From the NCBI GenBank assembly GCA_012295275.1, contig CM022672.1, positions 10,726,001-10,790,000 on the forward strand: 64,000 nucleotides of DNA. Direction: 5' to 3'. Under the pieces are notes generated by a model. That model saw only the letters and a program-made list of their open reading frames with translations, was not told the DNA's origin and made no database searches. Below, one piece after another: positions 15,540-31,184 of the stretch (position 1 is its first letter; every line of letters starts with the position of its first letter). Source of the DNA: Chrysomallon squamiferum (Eukaryota > Animalia > Mollusca). The position numbers were made by a program, and so were the translations under genes.

Positions 15540-16290
15540 GAGAAAATAAATGGGTTATTTAAAAAGATAGACAGTTGTTGGTTATTTGCAAGGGATATAA
15601 AGTGAAGAGTTTATAAATAAATGGGTGACTTATTAGATAATTAATTGTTGAATAAGAGGGTGAATGAATGGGTGACTTTTATTAGTGAGTTAATAGTTGA
15701 ATAAAAGGTGAATGAATGAATAAATGGGTGATTTATTGGAGGGAAGGTAAATATTTGGTAATTTAATTAATGAATAAACTAGTGAATATGTGTAAGGGTA
15801 AATTAATGAATAAATGGTTGATTTAAAAAACAGTTAATTGTTTAATAATGATTAGATAGTCAAGAAGAATAGGTAATTTTATTAATGAATAGAAAGTGAA
15901 TAAAATGAATGAATCAGTAAATTTATAAAATGGTTCAGTGAGTGAATAACTTATTAATGAAATGCTTCAGTTAATAAATCAGTGAAAAAATGATTCAGTG
16001 AGCGAGTGTGTCAATGAATAATGAAATGATTCAGTGAGAGAATTGGTGAATGATCAAATTATTCAGTTAGTGAATCAGTGAATGGTGAAATTATCCAGTT
16101 AGTGAATCAGTGAATAATGAAATGACTCAGTGAGTAAGCAAGCCAATGAATCACAAAATAACTGAATGAGTAAATCAGTGATTCAGTAAGTGAATCAATT
16201 AAAAATAAAATTATTCAGTTAGCAAATCGATGAATAATGAAATGCTTCAGTGAATGAATCAGTGAATCATGAGTGAATCACTGAACAATG
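15540..16290. repeat. Degenerate TGAA/TCAGTGA-rich tandem region
   Basis: Recurrent tcagtgaat, gaataatgaaatg and aaatgggtga. Confidence 0.7.
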
Positions 16291-16479
16291 AAACAAATGG
16301 ATACAAACGAACGAGTTGATTCTCCCATTAATTCACAATGCATGATAACTCCTCTCTACAAGACTCACTCACTCACTCACTCACCAAAAATTGTGCCTAT
16401 AAAGGAGAAAAAAGGCTCACTCACTGTGTGTGGCTGTGGAGGAGAGGAATCAATAGGTAAATGTGCTTAGCAAACTGTA

Positions 16480-16661
16480 AGCAACAAGCGCAAGTACTCG
16501 TGGCTGATGTTGCCTTTTGTCTTCCCCACATGTTGCCTGCAGCCTGGACAGTTGAGCATAACGTCATCCAAGATGATTACTCACTCAGCACTAAGTGTCG
16601 AAGTCCTTTCACATCGGCGCTCTCGTCGTGCGTGCATCTGTGCCACGGGTTTCGTTTCTCT
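16480..16661 (+). promoter_or_regulatory. Candidate promoter / non-coding first exon
   Basis: CpG cluster (tcggcgctctcgtcgtgcgtgc...acggg) in a CpG-poor background, ending at a GTGAGT donor at 16662. The start coordinate is approximate. Confidence 0.45.
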
Positions 16662-16914
16662 GTGAGTTGGAAAATATTTTATTTCTGAAGGAGAAGGTGG
16701 GTTAATGATATACTTTTATAAATTTTTTTTTTTTTTTTTATTATTATTGATAGGGTGTGCAAAAAAAGAAAAGATATATATGTGTGTATGTATGTGTGTG
16801 TGTGCATTTGTGTTGTTGTTGTTGTTGATGAAGTTAAAAGGTGATCTGGAAATTCAAATTTGTTGTTTTTAATTGTCTGCAGTTCAGCATCTTTTGTTTG
16901 CACGTCAATGTTGT

Positions 16915-17025
16915 TTAATGAAGTGGTGTTTATGGTGTATTGAAGTGGTGTTTGTGGTGTATTGAAGTCGTGTTTATGGTGTATTGAAGTTTGTGTTTAT
17001 GGTGTAATGAAGTTGTGTTTATGGC
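16915..17025. repeat. 22-bp minisatellite, ~5 copies
   Basis: Unit aagtggtgtttatggtgtattg. Confidence 0.9.
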
Positions 17026-17384
17026 TGCTGGGTGAATTCATGTGTGTTATTGTGTTAGACGCAGGTGGTTAGTTTACTATGTTTAATAGAAAGAAACAGA
17101 ATATTAACATCTATGACTGTGAAATAGAATTAAAACATATGATTTCACTGGAAAATCTTATTTCATTTCATTTGAGTTTAATTTAGTTTAGTTTAATTTG
17201 GTTTCATTTTATTTTTATTTTATTTTTATTTTATTTTATTTTTATTTTTATTTTATTTTTATTTTTATTTTATTTTTATTTTATTTTATTTTTATTTTTT
17301 TTTTTTTTTTTTTTTTTAATTTACTGATTTGTTTTTCAATTCCTATTTTTATTTTTATTTTTTTTATTTTATTTTATTTTATTT

Positions 17385-17422
<38 letters not shown>

Positions 17423-18253
17423 TGATTTCTTTTTCAATTCCTAAAGTTTGAAAAAAAAAAAAAAAAAAAACATTAAAAAATTAATAAATATATAATATAT
17501 AAGTTTGAAATTACACTAAGTTGTGTCTCAGAATTATGTAGACAACATTTAGCCTGTAATGTCTGATTCATTTCACCTTCTTTAAACCAAGAGTATAAAT
17601 TAGAACTAACTCTGAACTTTTATTTTTTTTTAAATTATACGTTTCATTTTGTTATGGACGCTAAACAGAATGTTTCTGTTAAATATTTTCTGTGAGTAAT
17701 GATACAAGAAATAATGATATTTGAATCTAATCATGAAAAATCATGACTTTGAAATAGCATCTCCAGCCTAAACAGTTTGACCTCTGTGGACTCTTTCCAA
17801 ATTTACATCAAAAATTAATTAACTAATTAACTAAAATTAATTGATATGAAATTTTGGGATCTAGATGAAAAAAACACCTTATCCCAGAGTATTTGGAGAT
17901 CATTGTATATAAATAAATATAAGATTATTTTTTCACACTTTCAAAAAATAAAAAAATTAAAAAAAAAAAAAAAGTTATCTTACCTCAACTTTTATATTAA
18001 AATATTTAGAAACCACAACAAAAATGGCAAATAATATTAACTTTCAGTAATATCTTACACCTACCATTTTATCTTCTACCTCAAATCCTGATCCGAAAAA
18101 ATCTTTGCAATCCCCTTTAAAATATCTTTAACTTTCATAACTTCTACTTTCACTTCTAACCATTCAAATGTTTTTAACATTTATTTTCATAAATCCCACA
18201 GCAAATTGGCAATATCTGCACATATGTAAATTTTAACATTTATTTTTGTAATA

Positions 18254-18299
<46 letters not shown>

Positions 18300-19501
18300 G
18301 TATTTGTTAATACATTATTCATGATTTGCCTCCATTTTTCTGGTTACTAAATATAATGAATGTATTGATGTAACATTCTTTTAGAATCATGACTAATCTC
18401 ACTGAGCTGCAAATAACAGCTGCACTGTTTAGCTGCATCAAATCTATTAAATTAATCATCAAGAATGATTTTAAAAAATACGCTGTTAGGTTGGTTGTGT
18501 TGAAAATATTTAATGAATATATATATATATATATATTTATCATTACATTGAGAGAGAGTTTGAAAATGTGAAAAGAGAGAGAGAGAGAGAGAGAGAAAAA
18601 GAGAGAGAGAGAGAGAGAGAGAGAGTGTGTGTGTGTTAAAATTATATTTTTAAATTGTTTGTATCCAGTGATATTTTCATACTGTTTTCATCATTTGATA
18701 TTGTTATATTGTTTGTGTCATGTGATATTGTGCGTGTGTGTGATATTGCACTGTAAAAGTGTGTATGTGTATGAGTGTGCCTGTGGAACTATATTTGTAT
18801 GTGTGAGTATATGTGTCTGTGTGCCTGTGTGTGTGTGTGTGTGTGTTTGCATGTGAGTTTGTCTGTGACTGTGAGAGTATGTATGTGTATGAGTGTGTTT
18901 GAGTGGGTATATTTATTTCTGTATGTCTGTCAGTATGGGGTGTGTGTGTGTATGTGTGTGTGTGTTTGTATGAGTTTGATTGTTTGTGTGTGTGCTTGCA
19001 TGTGTGTGTATGTATGTGTGTATGTGTATGTAAGACAGCATATGTTTGTTAGAAACTATACATTGAAAAACATTTTAATGGTTTACTTTTAAATCCTTTA
19101 TATTCATTTAAAAAAATAAAATCCATCATTTTAATCCAAAGCTACATTGTTATAATACACGGGCCCATGTTTTGTGTGTGTTTAAGCCACAAGCTTCTTT
19201 TCTAATATTTATTTTTTATATTCATAAAACATTACATGCACCCACAGTTTTCTAATTTATTTTAATTACAGTGTTTGACAAATGTTTATATCTGATGGTG
19301 TCTGCATATTATATGCATGTTTGTATTTCATGGATTAATGTTTAAATAACTCCTACATCAAAAAACATCAGTTAATTTCTCGTTATTTTTTTAAATGTTT
19401 ATTCAAAAGAATTTTTAATATTAATCCACAGATGTAAATATTTAAGTTATATAATGTACTGTGTGGGCAGAAAAATATATATAAACATGTGTGTGAATAA
19501 A

Positions 19502-19537
<36 letters not shown>

Positions 19538-20098
19538 TACATCTCTTTTTTTTTATATACTGGTATAAGTGTAGATATTTAAATATATCTATGTATGTGA
19601 TATGTGTGTGTGTGTGTATGTTTATATATATGTATATATATATATATATGTGATATGTAGTGTTTTCTGTGGTTTATATATATGATGTAATATATATATG
19701 TAGTGTTTTCTGTGGCATGATAACAGTGAAGTGAAAAACAAAATGGCTGTAATTATATTTCCAACTAAAACCATCTCACACATTTTCTGACATATTCCTC
19801 TTTCTGTTTTTAATGAGGTGTGTAAAAATGAGAAATGCTGCTGGAAAATGAATTAATTAAAATTTATAAGTTATACAAATTTTATAATTAAAGAATTCAT
19901 GATGAGATATTTTCAGTACTAAAGTTTCTTCTGTTAGCAGAATAATTCTTAATTTACTTAGCAGCAATATATCTGTTTCTCTGACTATGGGAAGGTGGAT
20001 ATTAAAAAATACTTCACTGCTAAAAGGTCCTTAATCCTACAAGTGATTGGCTGTGGCTGTTTCAAATAAATAAACAAATAAATAAATAAATAAACAAA

Positions 20099-20129
<31 letters not shown>

Positions 20130-20753
20130 AATTAAACAATTCAAAATATAGAAAAACCTATAAGTTTTGAAAAAACACAAAGTCATATGTCATATAAATT
20201 TCACTTAATGCACATTACAACTAATAACTGTTCATGACACTGATAATGATGTCTGTTACAATCGTACATTAAACAAATCAAGATAAATGTGAAACTGGTT
20301 AAAAATCACTGATGTCAGTAACTATTATCAGTTTTATGTGTGGCTGCACGTGACTGAATGCCAGTGTGTATTATACACACCAGTGTGTGGTACTGGAGAT
20401 AATTTTACAATGCATTGACACATACTGGCGTCACTAATTGAAATGTGTTCACTCATTATCTGTAGATTCTGTTACTGGTTGATTAAACATTCACACAACT
20501 GTCAGATTCTGAACATCTGACTAACACAGATTAAATCTGTAAGTGGTTTTTTTATTTTTTTTATTTACTGATTATTTATTTAGAACCAATTTTTGTGTTT
20601 CTTTTTTTGTGTGTGTGTGTGTTTAATATTTGTGGTTATGGGTTACATAAACCTGGGCATGATTTATTTTTTTAATTTAATTTAATTTAATTTTATTTTA
20701 TTTTACTTTATTTTATTTTATTTTATTCTTTTTTATTTTTTGTTTATATTATT

Positions 20754-20800
<47 letters not shown>

Positions 20801-22319
20801 TTTTATTTATTTATTTATTTATTTATTTAAACATTTATTTATTTTAGTTTGATTTACACAATTTATTTACTAAAACATTCCCAGTGAAAAATTTATTTTA
20901 TATCTTAATTTTATTTTTTGAAATTCACTTTAATTTGTTCATATTTATTTAATGCTTAATTAAGTAAATTTAATTTAATATATATATATATTTAAATATA
21001 TTTGTATCTTGTAATATTTAATTATCTTGGTATCTCTTTTTTTTTTATCTGTCTTCTTCTCTTCCTTTCTTTCTTTCTGTCTCTGAATCATTATACAATG
21101 AAAAATCATTATACAATGTGAGAAAATGAATATTTCTCTGCATATGTCTTCACGGATGTATGTGAGAGAAAGAGAAAAAGAAGAGAACAAAATATAAAGA
21201 AAGCAATATAAATCACAAATCAAAAATAAACACTGAAATTATTTTCTAAAAGTAACACTAGATGTTGTATTCTGTTACAATACTCAAATGGGAGACAACT
21301 CTATTATTTATAAACAGAATGTTTCATTTACATGATAATAAAAAAAAATGGACTGGTTTTTAATGGGATAAAAAGAAAAATGAGATATCGTCAAGCATGT
21401 AATGACATATTAAAATTAACGCTTATTTTTTCGCATAATTTATATATATATACAACACAGATGGACAGACAGACAGACAGACACACACACATATATACAC
21501 ACACAAACAAACAGATGATTAATATACAAGAGATTATTGTGAAGAGGTCTGTTACATACAGAAGTAAAAGCCACACCTATGGGTGTGGCAGGTGAAATAA
21601 GCTGTGCTGAAGTAAGACTCTGCTTTTGTCAGTTTTTCCAGATTACTTGTAGAAACACGCGACACTGAATGTACATAACATGTAACGTGACATTGGTGAG
21701 TAATGGATCAATGAATGGATGAACAGATGGATGAAGTGATGAACAAACGAATGAATGTGTGAGTCAGTGAGTGAGTGAGTGAGTCACTTAGTGAGTGTGT
21801 GAATGTGAGAACACACACACACACACACAGATATGTTTAAATAACTATCTACATTTATACCAGTATATAAAAAAAAGAGATATGTATATAAAATGTATAG
21901 ACACACATACACACACACACACACACACATACACATATATATATATAAACACACACACATTTCAGATACATATATTTAAATAACTATCTACACGTATACC
22001 AGTATATATAAAAAAAAAGAGAGATGTATGTGTGTGTAGGTGTATATGTATGTATGTATATATGTCTAACTGAAATATCTAACAATAGTAAATGCTGTTA
22101 TCAGTAACACTATACAGTAGGCATGAATTTTTAAATAACCATACTTTGACAAAGACGATTTCAACCAACTGACTCGTGTGTTTGTCAGCTGGCTGGTTAA
22201 CTCGGTTGTAAAACACTGGCTAGCTTGTCTTGTGTGGCTGTTCTCCTATTGATTGTATAGGTAGTTTTAATGATCTGCTACTACTACACACACACATACA
22301 CACACACACACACACACAC

Positions 22320-22512
22320 ATACGTAGGAGAAGATGGGATGCAGAGAGAACGACATATTCAACTGAACCAGTTCAAACATGAGTCATCGAAAGACTGCCT
22401 TTAGTTTTGCATAGTTGCGAGACAGTTTTATGCAAGAGAACATGTGTTTTATAGATTTTTGTTCCAGTCAAAACTCTGTTACGGAATGTTTGACTTCGTA
22501 AAGTTCGAAACA
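22320..22512 (+). other. Candidate non-coding (5'UTR) exon
   Basis: Non-repetitive CpG-containing segment ending at ACA|GTGAGT (22513). The start coordinate is approximate. Confidence 0.3.
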
Positions 22513-22978
22513 GTGAGTACTGGATTGATATATGTTTGCATTTTTTGTCATTGTCGTTTTGACACTACTGCAACTACTACTGCTACAGCTACAACTGTTG
22601 TTGCTGTTGTTACTGCTTCATTGTATTATTTACATCTACATTTTGTTATTGTTTCTATTACTACTACAGCTATGACTGGGACGACAGTTAATATTGCTAC
22701 TGCTGTTTTACTATTAATACCATTTTCCTCTACATCTTCTTTTTTTCTGTTACTACTACAGCTACCTCTGGTACAGCAACTGTTGATGTGCTATGTTGCA
22801 ATTAATGTCATTTTTTTGTTCTATATCTACATTTTGTTACTACCAGTACTACAACTACTACTACTACTTCTACATCAACAACCATTGCTACTACACTGTT
22901 GGTATTAATATAAACAATTTTACATCTACATTATGGTATTGTTACTACTACTATTACTACTACTATTATTGGTATTGT

Positions 22979-23014
<36 letters not shown>

Positions 23015-25416
23015 AACATCTGGTATAACAACTACTGCTGCTGTTGTTTTTTTCTACTTATTTTTTATCAACCACCAACATTAACGACATTTTATTACTG
23101 TCACCACTACTACAACTGGTACAACATCAGCAGTACCTATTGCCTTACTCCACTGCTATAACTATTACTGTAATTTCCCAAAAAAAAACATAACTAATAC
23201 AACACTAATACTACACTAATACACTACACACATTTTTAACAGTTTCAGCGCATGCTGTCTACTTGTTTGATTTCGTGTTTCAAACACCCATTTCTGTGCT
23301 ATTCCATTCACCCACGACAATAATCTCTCTCAGAGAGCATGTTAGACTGGTAAACACTTTTATCTTTATTTTCAACTCACCGTATCAGCACAGACATTAA
23401 TAGACACTTTTCTGATTACAAAATCACGTCTGAGATCTCAGTTTATTTCTGTTCCTCGTAATAAATGGGTGTTCGTTCGTGTATAAGTGCGGACAAAACA
23501 ACAAAAAGAAAGAAAAAAAGATGTTGAAAACTAGGTGTGTACATCCAGGTGAAAGAGTCAGTTTCTTTTTTCAGTTAGGACATTAAGATTTCAATAGTTT
23601 TTGTATTACGTGACTGTTTGATATTACAAAAATACACTGGTTGTGGGTTTGTGGTATATTTTATTCATGTCTTAGTAAGTCCAAAGCAAACAATAATATT
23701 ATATGTACATTCAAATATAAATATGTATATACTTTGCATACATACATATATATACATACATACATATATACATATATACATATATATATATACAAAAACA
23801 TATATAAGTAAATACATAAATACACATATACATACATATAAATACATACACACATAACTATATATACATATATATGCATACACACACAAACATACATGCA
23901 AATACTTTTTATTACACACTCATACATAAAATATATTCATAAAAATATACACACACACACACACACATACACATTTAAATATATATATATGCCAGTTCAT
24001 ACTTCACCAAACTATATGTACATTTTCATATATTATTCTGTGCACACAAATGTATAGCATATTAACTCCAATCAATATCAGAATGTTTGTAGTGAAATAA
24101 AAATATCTATACTTCAGTGGTCCATGGTTTCAACGTTATACAAATTATAAGTTGTTGTTTTTCTTTGAATTAAATGTGAATGAAGAAAATTTGTTTTTTT
24201 AATATACCATCAATGCTAATATTTGTGTGGGTTGATTTTAGGTGTGTGTGTGTGAGGGTGTGGTTGTATGGGTGCAATGACAGCAGTAAATGCTGACTAG
24301 GTGTGTTTTATTTGTTTTTATTTTATTTATTTATTTATTTTTTTTTTTTTTTTTTTTTCTGATATTGTTGTTGCTGGGTGTTGTTTTTTTTCATTATTAT
24401 TAAATTTGTATAGTCATGTTATTTATTTATTTATTTATTCATCTTCTTTTTAATATGCATAATTATTAAATTTTTACTTGTTTTTTTATTCAGTTGATTT
24501 ATTCATCATTTTTTTTTTTTTTAATTAACATGCCCTCATTATATATTTATAATTAATTAATTTATTTACATGTTTGTATATTTTGTTAATTTATTTTATT
24601 TATTTTTTAAACTGTTTATTTATTTTACATTTTTAACTCTATTTCTTTATTTATTTAAATTTACTTAATGACATCAGATAAGTAATTTATAAATCTATTC
24701 TGCTTTTGCTGAACATGGCCATTCATACCTTTAACGATTAAAACAGGTACTGAGTACGTTACAGGTCAATGTCCTTCCTTAGATGTTGTCAATAACTTAT
24801 AGACAAATAAACATAACACTGATATTATCTGCATAACACTCAATTTGTTCAGACCATTTGCACAGGTAAATAAAATTTCAAAACAATGGGTTCATAAAAA
24901 TAAAAATAATAATAAAATATCTATCCATATATCTTATGGCCATAACTAGACTCTTTTTAAAATGAGGCAAAAACATTTAATCAATAAGCAGCGAAGGGGG
25001 AATTAACTGGGGTGAGGGAATTCATTCAGTGGATATCATTTCTATCACAATAGGGAATTATATTTTTATTTTTTAAATAAAATGTTTGTATAACATATGT
25101 TTTTAAAAATCGTAAAAATTTGCCTCATTAGCCTCAATGTAGTTACAGCCATGTATCTAACTATCTGTCTATACACTATGTATATCTGTGTGCATGTGTG
25201 TGTGTGTGTGTATATATATACAGTCACACATCTGTATCTGCATCTATATCTATATGTCTACATACATATCTGTATATATGTTGACAGTTAAATTGTGTAG
25301 AGCAGTATAATTTATGTTCATTGGATATAGATCTTTGGTTTCATTCAATAAATATTTTTTGATGAATTTGTTCATTCTCTCTTTATTTATTTATTTCTTT
25401 CTATATTTCTTGAATT

Positions 25417-25447
<31 letters not shown>

Positions 25448-25909
25448 ATTTATTTATTTATCTATCTATCTATCTATCTATTTATTTATTTATTTATTTA
25501 TTTATATATTTAATTATTAATTAATTGTATCATTTATTTATTATTATTATTATTTTTTTTTTTTTTTTGATATCTTAAAAAGAAATTTTACTGATTTTAT
25601 CTGATATCTGAAATATTTTTTTGCATTTCTTAAATTTTTTTTTTTGGTTAACTTTACAAAAAATATTTTTATTTTGCATTTTCATTATCTTGACCCTATT
25701 TTACTAGAATCACATTATTTCAGTTAGCTGAATTATGTTTACAAATAACATGAAGCCAGTTAGCCGATTTCAGCTTGTTTGTCAAAAGAAACCGTAACCA
25801 GTGTTATTTTAATTATGTTATATTTATAAATAAAATATAACCAGGTAAATAAATTTTTCTCTGTTTTATAACAAGAATATTTAACCAGTATTTTCAGAAT
25901 TATATCCAT

Positions 25910-26425
25910 AATGGACATGTAACCACTATTAACTGAATTCTATCTTTAATGAACACATAAACACTATTAGCTGAATTTTATTTGTAATGAATATGTAACC
26001 ATTATCTTAATTCATCTTTTATATAAACAGAACATGAAAACACTATTACCTGAATTATATCTATAATTAACATGTAACACTGTTATCTGAATTATCACTA
26101 TAATTAACATGTAACACTGTTATCTGAATTATATCTATAATTAACATGTAACACTATTACCTGAATTATATCTATAATTAACATGTCACACTGTTATCTG
26201 AATTATATCTATAATTAACATGTCACATTGTTATCTGAATTATATCTATAATTAACATGTAACACTATTAGCTGAATTATATCTATAATTAACATGTAAC
26301 ACTATTAGCTGAATTATATCTATAATTAACATGCAACACTATCAGCTGAATTATATCTGTAATGAACAGGCAACACTATCAGCTGAATTATATCTGTAAT
26401 GAAAAGATACCGAGTTATCTGAATT
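25910..26425. repeat. 37-bp minisatellite, ~10-13 copies
   Basis: Unit tgaattatatctataattaacatgtaacactgttatc. Confidence 0.95.
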
Positions 26426-27463
26426 CAGCTTTTTACGTAGACTCCAAACGCATCTGCTCTGTACGTCGAATTACACTTTCTGTGTATTGAACTTTCATTC
26501 TTTCTTTCTGCAGCATCATAATACTCACAGACACAGTACTCACAGTGTTTAGACATGAAGTGTTTTTAACTTCTCAACACACACAGAACATTTCAGCAGC
26601 AGTGTTTTTCTGATCATTCGCTGTCTGTGACCTCTTTACTTGCACTCGTACAACAAAAAAAGCCATCATGCAATACCAGTCACCCATGACAAAAACATCT
26701 TGCCAAAAATAGACCAGTGCATGATTTGGTTAAATAAAAGAGTTTTTTTTTTTTTTTTTCCTTTTTTGTTTCCAACTTGCTTTGTCATCACATAATATCT
26801 TTTTAAGCATGTCAGCATATACAAATACTCTCAATCTGTGTTAGTATCACAAAAGCTTTAGCCCAGGTATGTAATTTTCTCGTGTTCTTAGAAGTAAATA
26901 TATATGTTTGGGTGGGTTGTTTTTTGGTGGGTTTTTTTGGTGATGTAGATAGAATATAGTTATTAGTATAGTCTGGTGGGTTAAAGTAAACTAGTTTTGT
27001 ATGTTTGAAAATTAGAGTATATTTTCACTGTTTGGTTTCACAGCTGTTAGGATATTATATTACAGACGATGGCCATAGTTTATGTATATTTTAAATTTTT
27101 TCAGTAGAATTATATGAATTTATGTAGATAATATTTATATGTAGGAGTGTATGTTTGCATATATATGTAAGTACACATTTGTGCACATGCACCAGTACTC
27201 ACACTTACACACAGATATATATCTGCACATACATACAACACACACACACATACATACACACATACACACATACATACATACACACATACATACATACACA
27301 CATACATACATACACACATACATACAAACATACATCCATACATACAAACATACATACATACATACAGACACACACATACACCTATACATACACACATACA
27401 TACACACATACATACAAACACACACACACACATACATACACACATACACACATACATACATAC

Positions 27464-27494
<31 letters not shown>

Positions 27495-27807
27495 TACATA
27501 CATACACATACATACACACATACATACATACATACAAATATATGTGTGTGTGTTTGTGAACACATTACTAGATCACACACAGAATTTATATACAAAATTT
27601 TTTTATTTCACACAGTAGTAAATAACAGTCATTATTTACATAGTCTTTTCATTTAATTAAATCTAATTATCTCTTCTTGACAACACCTTGTTCGTTAGTT
27701 GTTCACCTTTATCCCTAATATTTGCAGACACACCTGGCAAACCACCATTCAGCAATTTTCACCGAATTTTTCTTCATTTACCTTCCTTCATCACCGAAGA
27801 TTCTCCT

Positions 27808-27821
27808 GTTGTCATGGCAAC
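27808..27821. promoter_or_regulatory. RFX X-box-like site GTTGTCATGGCAAC
   Basis: 13/14 match to the palindromic X-box GTTGCCATGGCAAC, about 5.7 kb upstream of the ATG. Confidence 0.5.
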
Positions 27822-28157
27822 AGCCAGTCTCTGAGAAGGACTTGGTCACCGGGCATGTTGAAACTAAATTTCAGAGTTTGTGTATGAAAAATATTTAAAG
27901 TCTACCTGTAATAGATATTTTTATATTTTTACTGGATGCTTTCATGTGATAACATCTTTTTTTTAAATAATTTTTATTACTTTTCATTCTTATTGGAAAA
28001 AAAAAGCATTGGAAAAAAAAAAAAAAAAAAAAAAAAAGAAAAAGGTTCCTGCATTTTAATACAACCTGATTTCATTCCTTTTCATCAGTTTGATATTCAG
28101 CATTAGACAGATAAGTAATTTTCATATAAAATTTATATATATATATATATATTTTGC

Positions 28158-28215
<58 letters not shown>

Positions 28216-29082
28216 CTGTGTTTCATATATATATTTAATAACCTAACTGATAATAATATTTTTCTGAGGGTTTTTTATAGGAATATTTTTATTGTATTTT
28301 CACCTGTTATACATAATTACTTAATATACTGAACAAGAAAAGTTATAAATCATTAAAAATATATATATCAGTATGTATTTATATCAGTACCTGACCAACA
28401 GTGTCGTGGAATCAGTGTCGTGACAAAAAAAGATCATTCTGCTGACCTAAATTTTTCACTAGTCATGAAATTCAAGTCTTCATGATGTTAGACAACGAAG
28501 ACAAACAATATGCATGATGTCATATCATGATTTCACAATATTCTACCACTCAGTCAAGTGTGAACAAATATTTCGCAATCCCTGAATTTGTTTGTCCAGT
28601 GTACAGTAATTATAGCTTTATTATACAGAACTTTGTGATTAAATTTTGGCTTTAGATATCGGTGGATAAGAAAAGAACAAAAAAAATATATATATTTCTT
28701 TCTTAGTTTAAAGTTACAGAGGTTCTTATTACAAATGTCTTATCTGATTTCTGATTAAAGAAGGAGGCAGCAAGTAAACAAAGTGAAATAGATCGTGCAG
28801 AGATAAGAAAAAAACAACAAAAAAAAAAAAAAACAGTATTTTGGTCAACAAAACATTCATGTCAAGATCCTGAAAGAGACTTTCCAAATGCATTTATTAT
28901 TTTATAACATTTTGGTGTCTTCTTCTCATTTTTGAAAAACAATATTTTTGTGACCTTTTACAATTTAATAAGTTTTTTTTTTTTTTTTAATGTGCAACCT
29001 CTACAGCTGTCTGTGACATTTGGTATTATCCTTGGAAATTGTCTCAAAGATTTCAGTTCTTCTCAGTTACCTTTTTGTGATG

Positions 29083-29822
29083 GACTAGATTCTGTTTGAT
29101 TTGCAATGACTAGATTCTGTGTTTGATTTACAATGACTAGATTCTGTTTTATTTACAATGACTAGATTCTGTTTGATTTACAATGACTAGATTCTGTTTT
29201 ATTTACAATGACTAGATTTTGTTTGATTTACAATGTATAGATTCTGTTTGATTTGCAAAGACTAGATTCTGTTTTATTTACAATGACTAGATTTTGTTTG
29301 ATTTACAATGTCTAGATTCTGTTTGATTTGCAAAGACTAGATTCTGTGTTTGATTTACAATGACTAGATTCTGTTTGATTTAAAATGATTAGATTCTGTT
29401 TGATTTACAATGACTAGATTCTGTTTGATTTACAATGACTAGATTCTGTTTGATTTACAATGACTAGATTCTGTTTTATTTAAAATGACTAGATTCTGTT
29501 TTATTTAAAATGACTAGATTCTGTTTGATTTACAATGATTAAATTCTGTTTGATTTGCAATGACTAGATTCTGTTTGATTTGCAATGATTAGATTCTGTT
29601 TGATTTGCAATGACTAGATTCTGTTTGATTTACAATGACTAGATTCTGTTTGATTTGCAGTGACTAGATTCTGTGTTTGATTTACAATGACTAGATTCTG
29701 TTTGATTTGCAGTGACTAGATTCTGTGTTTGATTTACAATGACTAGATTCTGTTTGATTTGTAGTGACTGGATTCTGTGTTTGATTTACAATGACTAGAT
29801 TCTGTTTGATTTGCAGTGACTA
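29083..29822. repeat. 25/27-bp minisatellite, ~29 copies
   Basis: Unit gactagattctgtttgatttacaat, with +TG variants. Confidence 0.97.
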
Positions 29823-30207
29823 CACACACACTCACAAATGTATATTTTGATAACAAAGACAAATTGTTGTATCGTCTCTTTGACAAGTTAATTTCAAAAT
29901 CAGAAACAAAGACAATCTGACATTTTACACACACTGGTTATAACTACAGCTTAAATGTTAAAGAAAATATTTTACATTATCTTTATAGTTAAAACATATT
30001 TAAATATTATTTTAAACATAAGAAAAATAAATATTAAATATAAAAATAATTAACAAATTCAGATAAATTACTTATTCCTTACACATTCTTTTAGACATAT
30101 TTATGAAAATTAATTTTATTAACAAATCTTAGTAAATATAGTTTTAATGTAAATACAATTTAAAAAGTATTTTTAAAATAATAAAAGCTTGGAGTCAGAT
30201 ATTTCTC

Positions 30208-30281
30208 ATGATCACTGTAACTTCATTTGTCATTGAAAAAAGCAATGATCACTGTAACTTCATTTGTCATTGAAAAAAGCA
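30208..30281. repeat. Perfect 37-bp tandem duplication
   Basis: atgatcactgtaacttcatttgtcattgaaaaaagca occurs twice. Confidence 0.95.
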
Positions 30282-30599
30282 TTTTTTTAAATTTCATTTT
30301 AAAAATAAATTTTAATGTTAAAAAAAAAAACAACTCAACAAAAAACCATTATATATTATTTAATGTCATTCTAACATGCATTTAAAAATAATATCAAAGG
30401 AAAAAATACAACATATTTTTAATAATGAAAACAAATTAAGTATGATTCAAATAAATCATACTCAGTCACTGTCATATTACTGAGTTTAATCCAAATACAA
30501 TTTTAATTTCAAAAACATTAACTGAATCTAAAATCATTTTGCCATCTTTTGCTATTTCCAAAACATTCCAATTATTATGTTTAAAAAAAATAACAATAA

Positions 30600-30631
<32 letters not shown>

Positions 30632-31135
30632 TCCATTAAAACAGATTGATTAAAAGAAAAGAATTATGTTTTTGAAAATTTTAATATCTAAAAAAAATGA
30701 ATATGAGAAACAAATGAACAAAAAATAAACCGACATGAAAATTTACCATACAATCTTAAAATATATATATATATATATATATTATTTAAAAAAAAAAAAT
30801 AAAAAGACAGAAAAAATTAATGTGAAAAACAAATGATCAAAAATTAAAGCAACACAATAATTCACAACACATTATAAATTATATTTTTTGTACAAAGACA
30901 TAAAACAAAGAGTAATATATTACTGCTGTGGACAGACTGGTGCAGGGTTTGTGTGTGTTTGACTTACTAACAACTAACAACTGCTGGAGGCCAGTGCCAA
31001 AGTGTCAGGGACTGATAAGTAATTTTCTTGTAGTCTTCTTTCTATGTCAATCAGTCTTAAGCATGTGGGACATATATCTGATATATCTGCCAGAGGTAGG
31101 GATATACAGTGTATTTATATCTATTATAACACACC

Positions 31136-31184
<49 letters not shown>

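Noticed and set aside
22444-23161. 154-aa and 122-aa ORFs
   Set aside because: Degenerate (CTA/CTG)n trinucleotide sequence with low-complexity products and no splice support.
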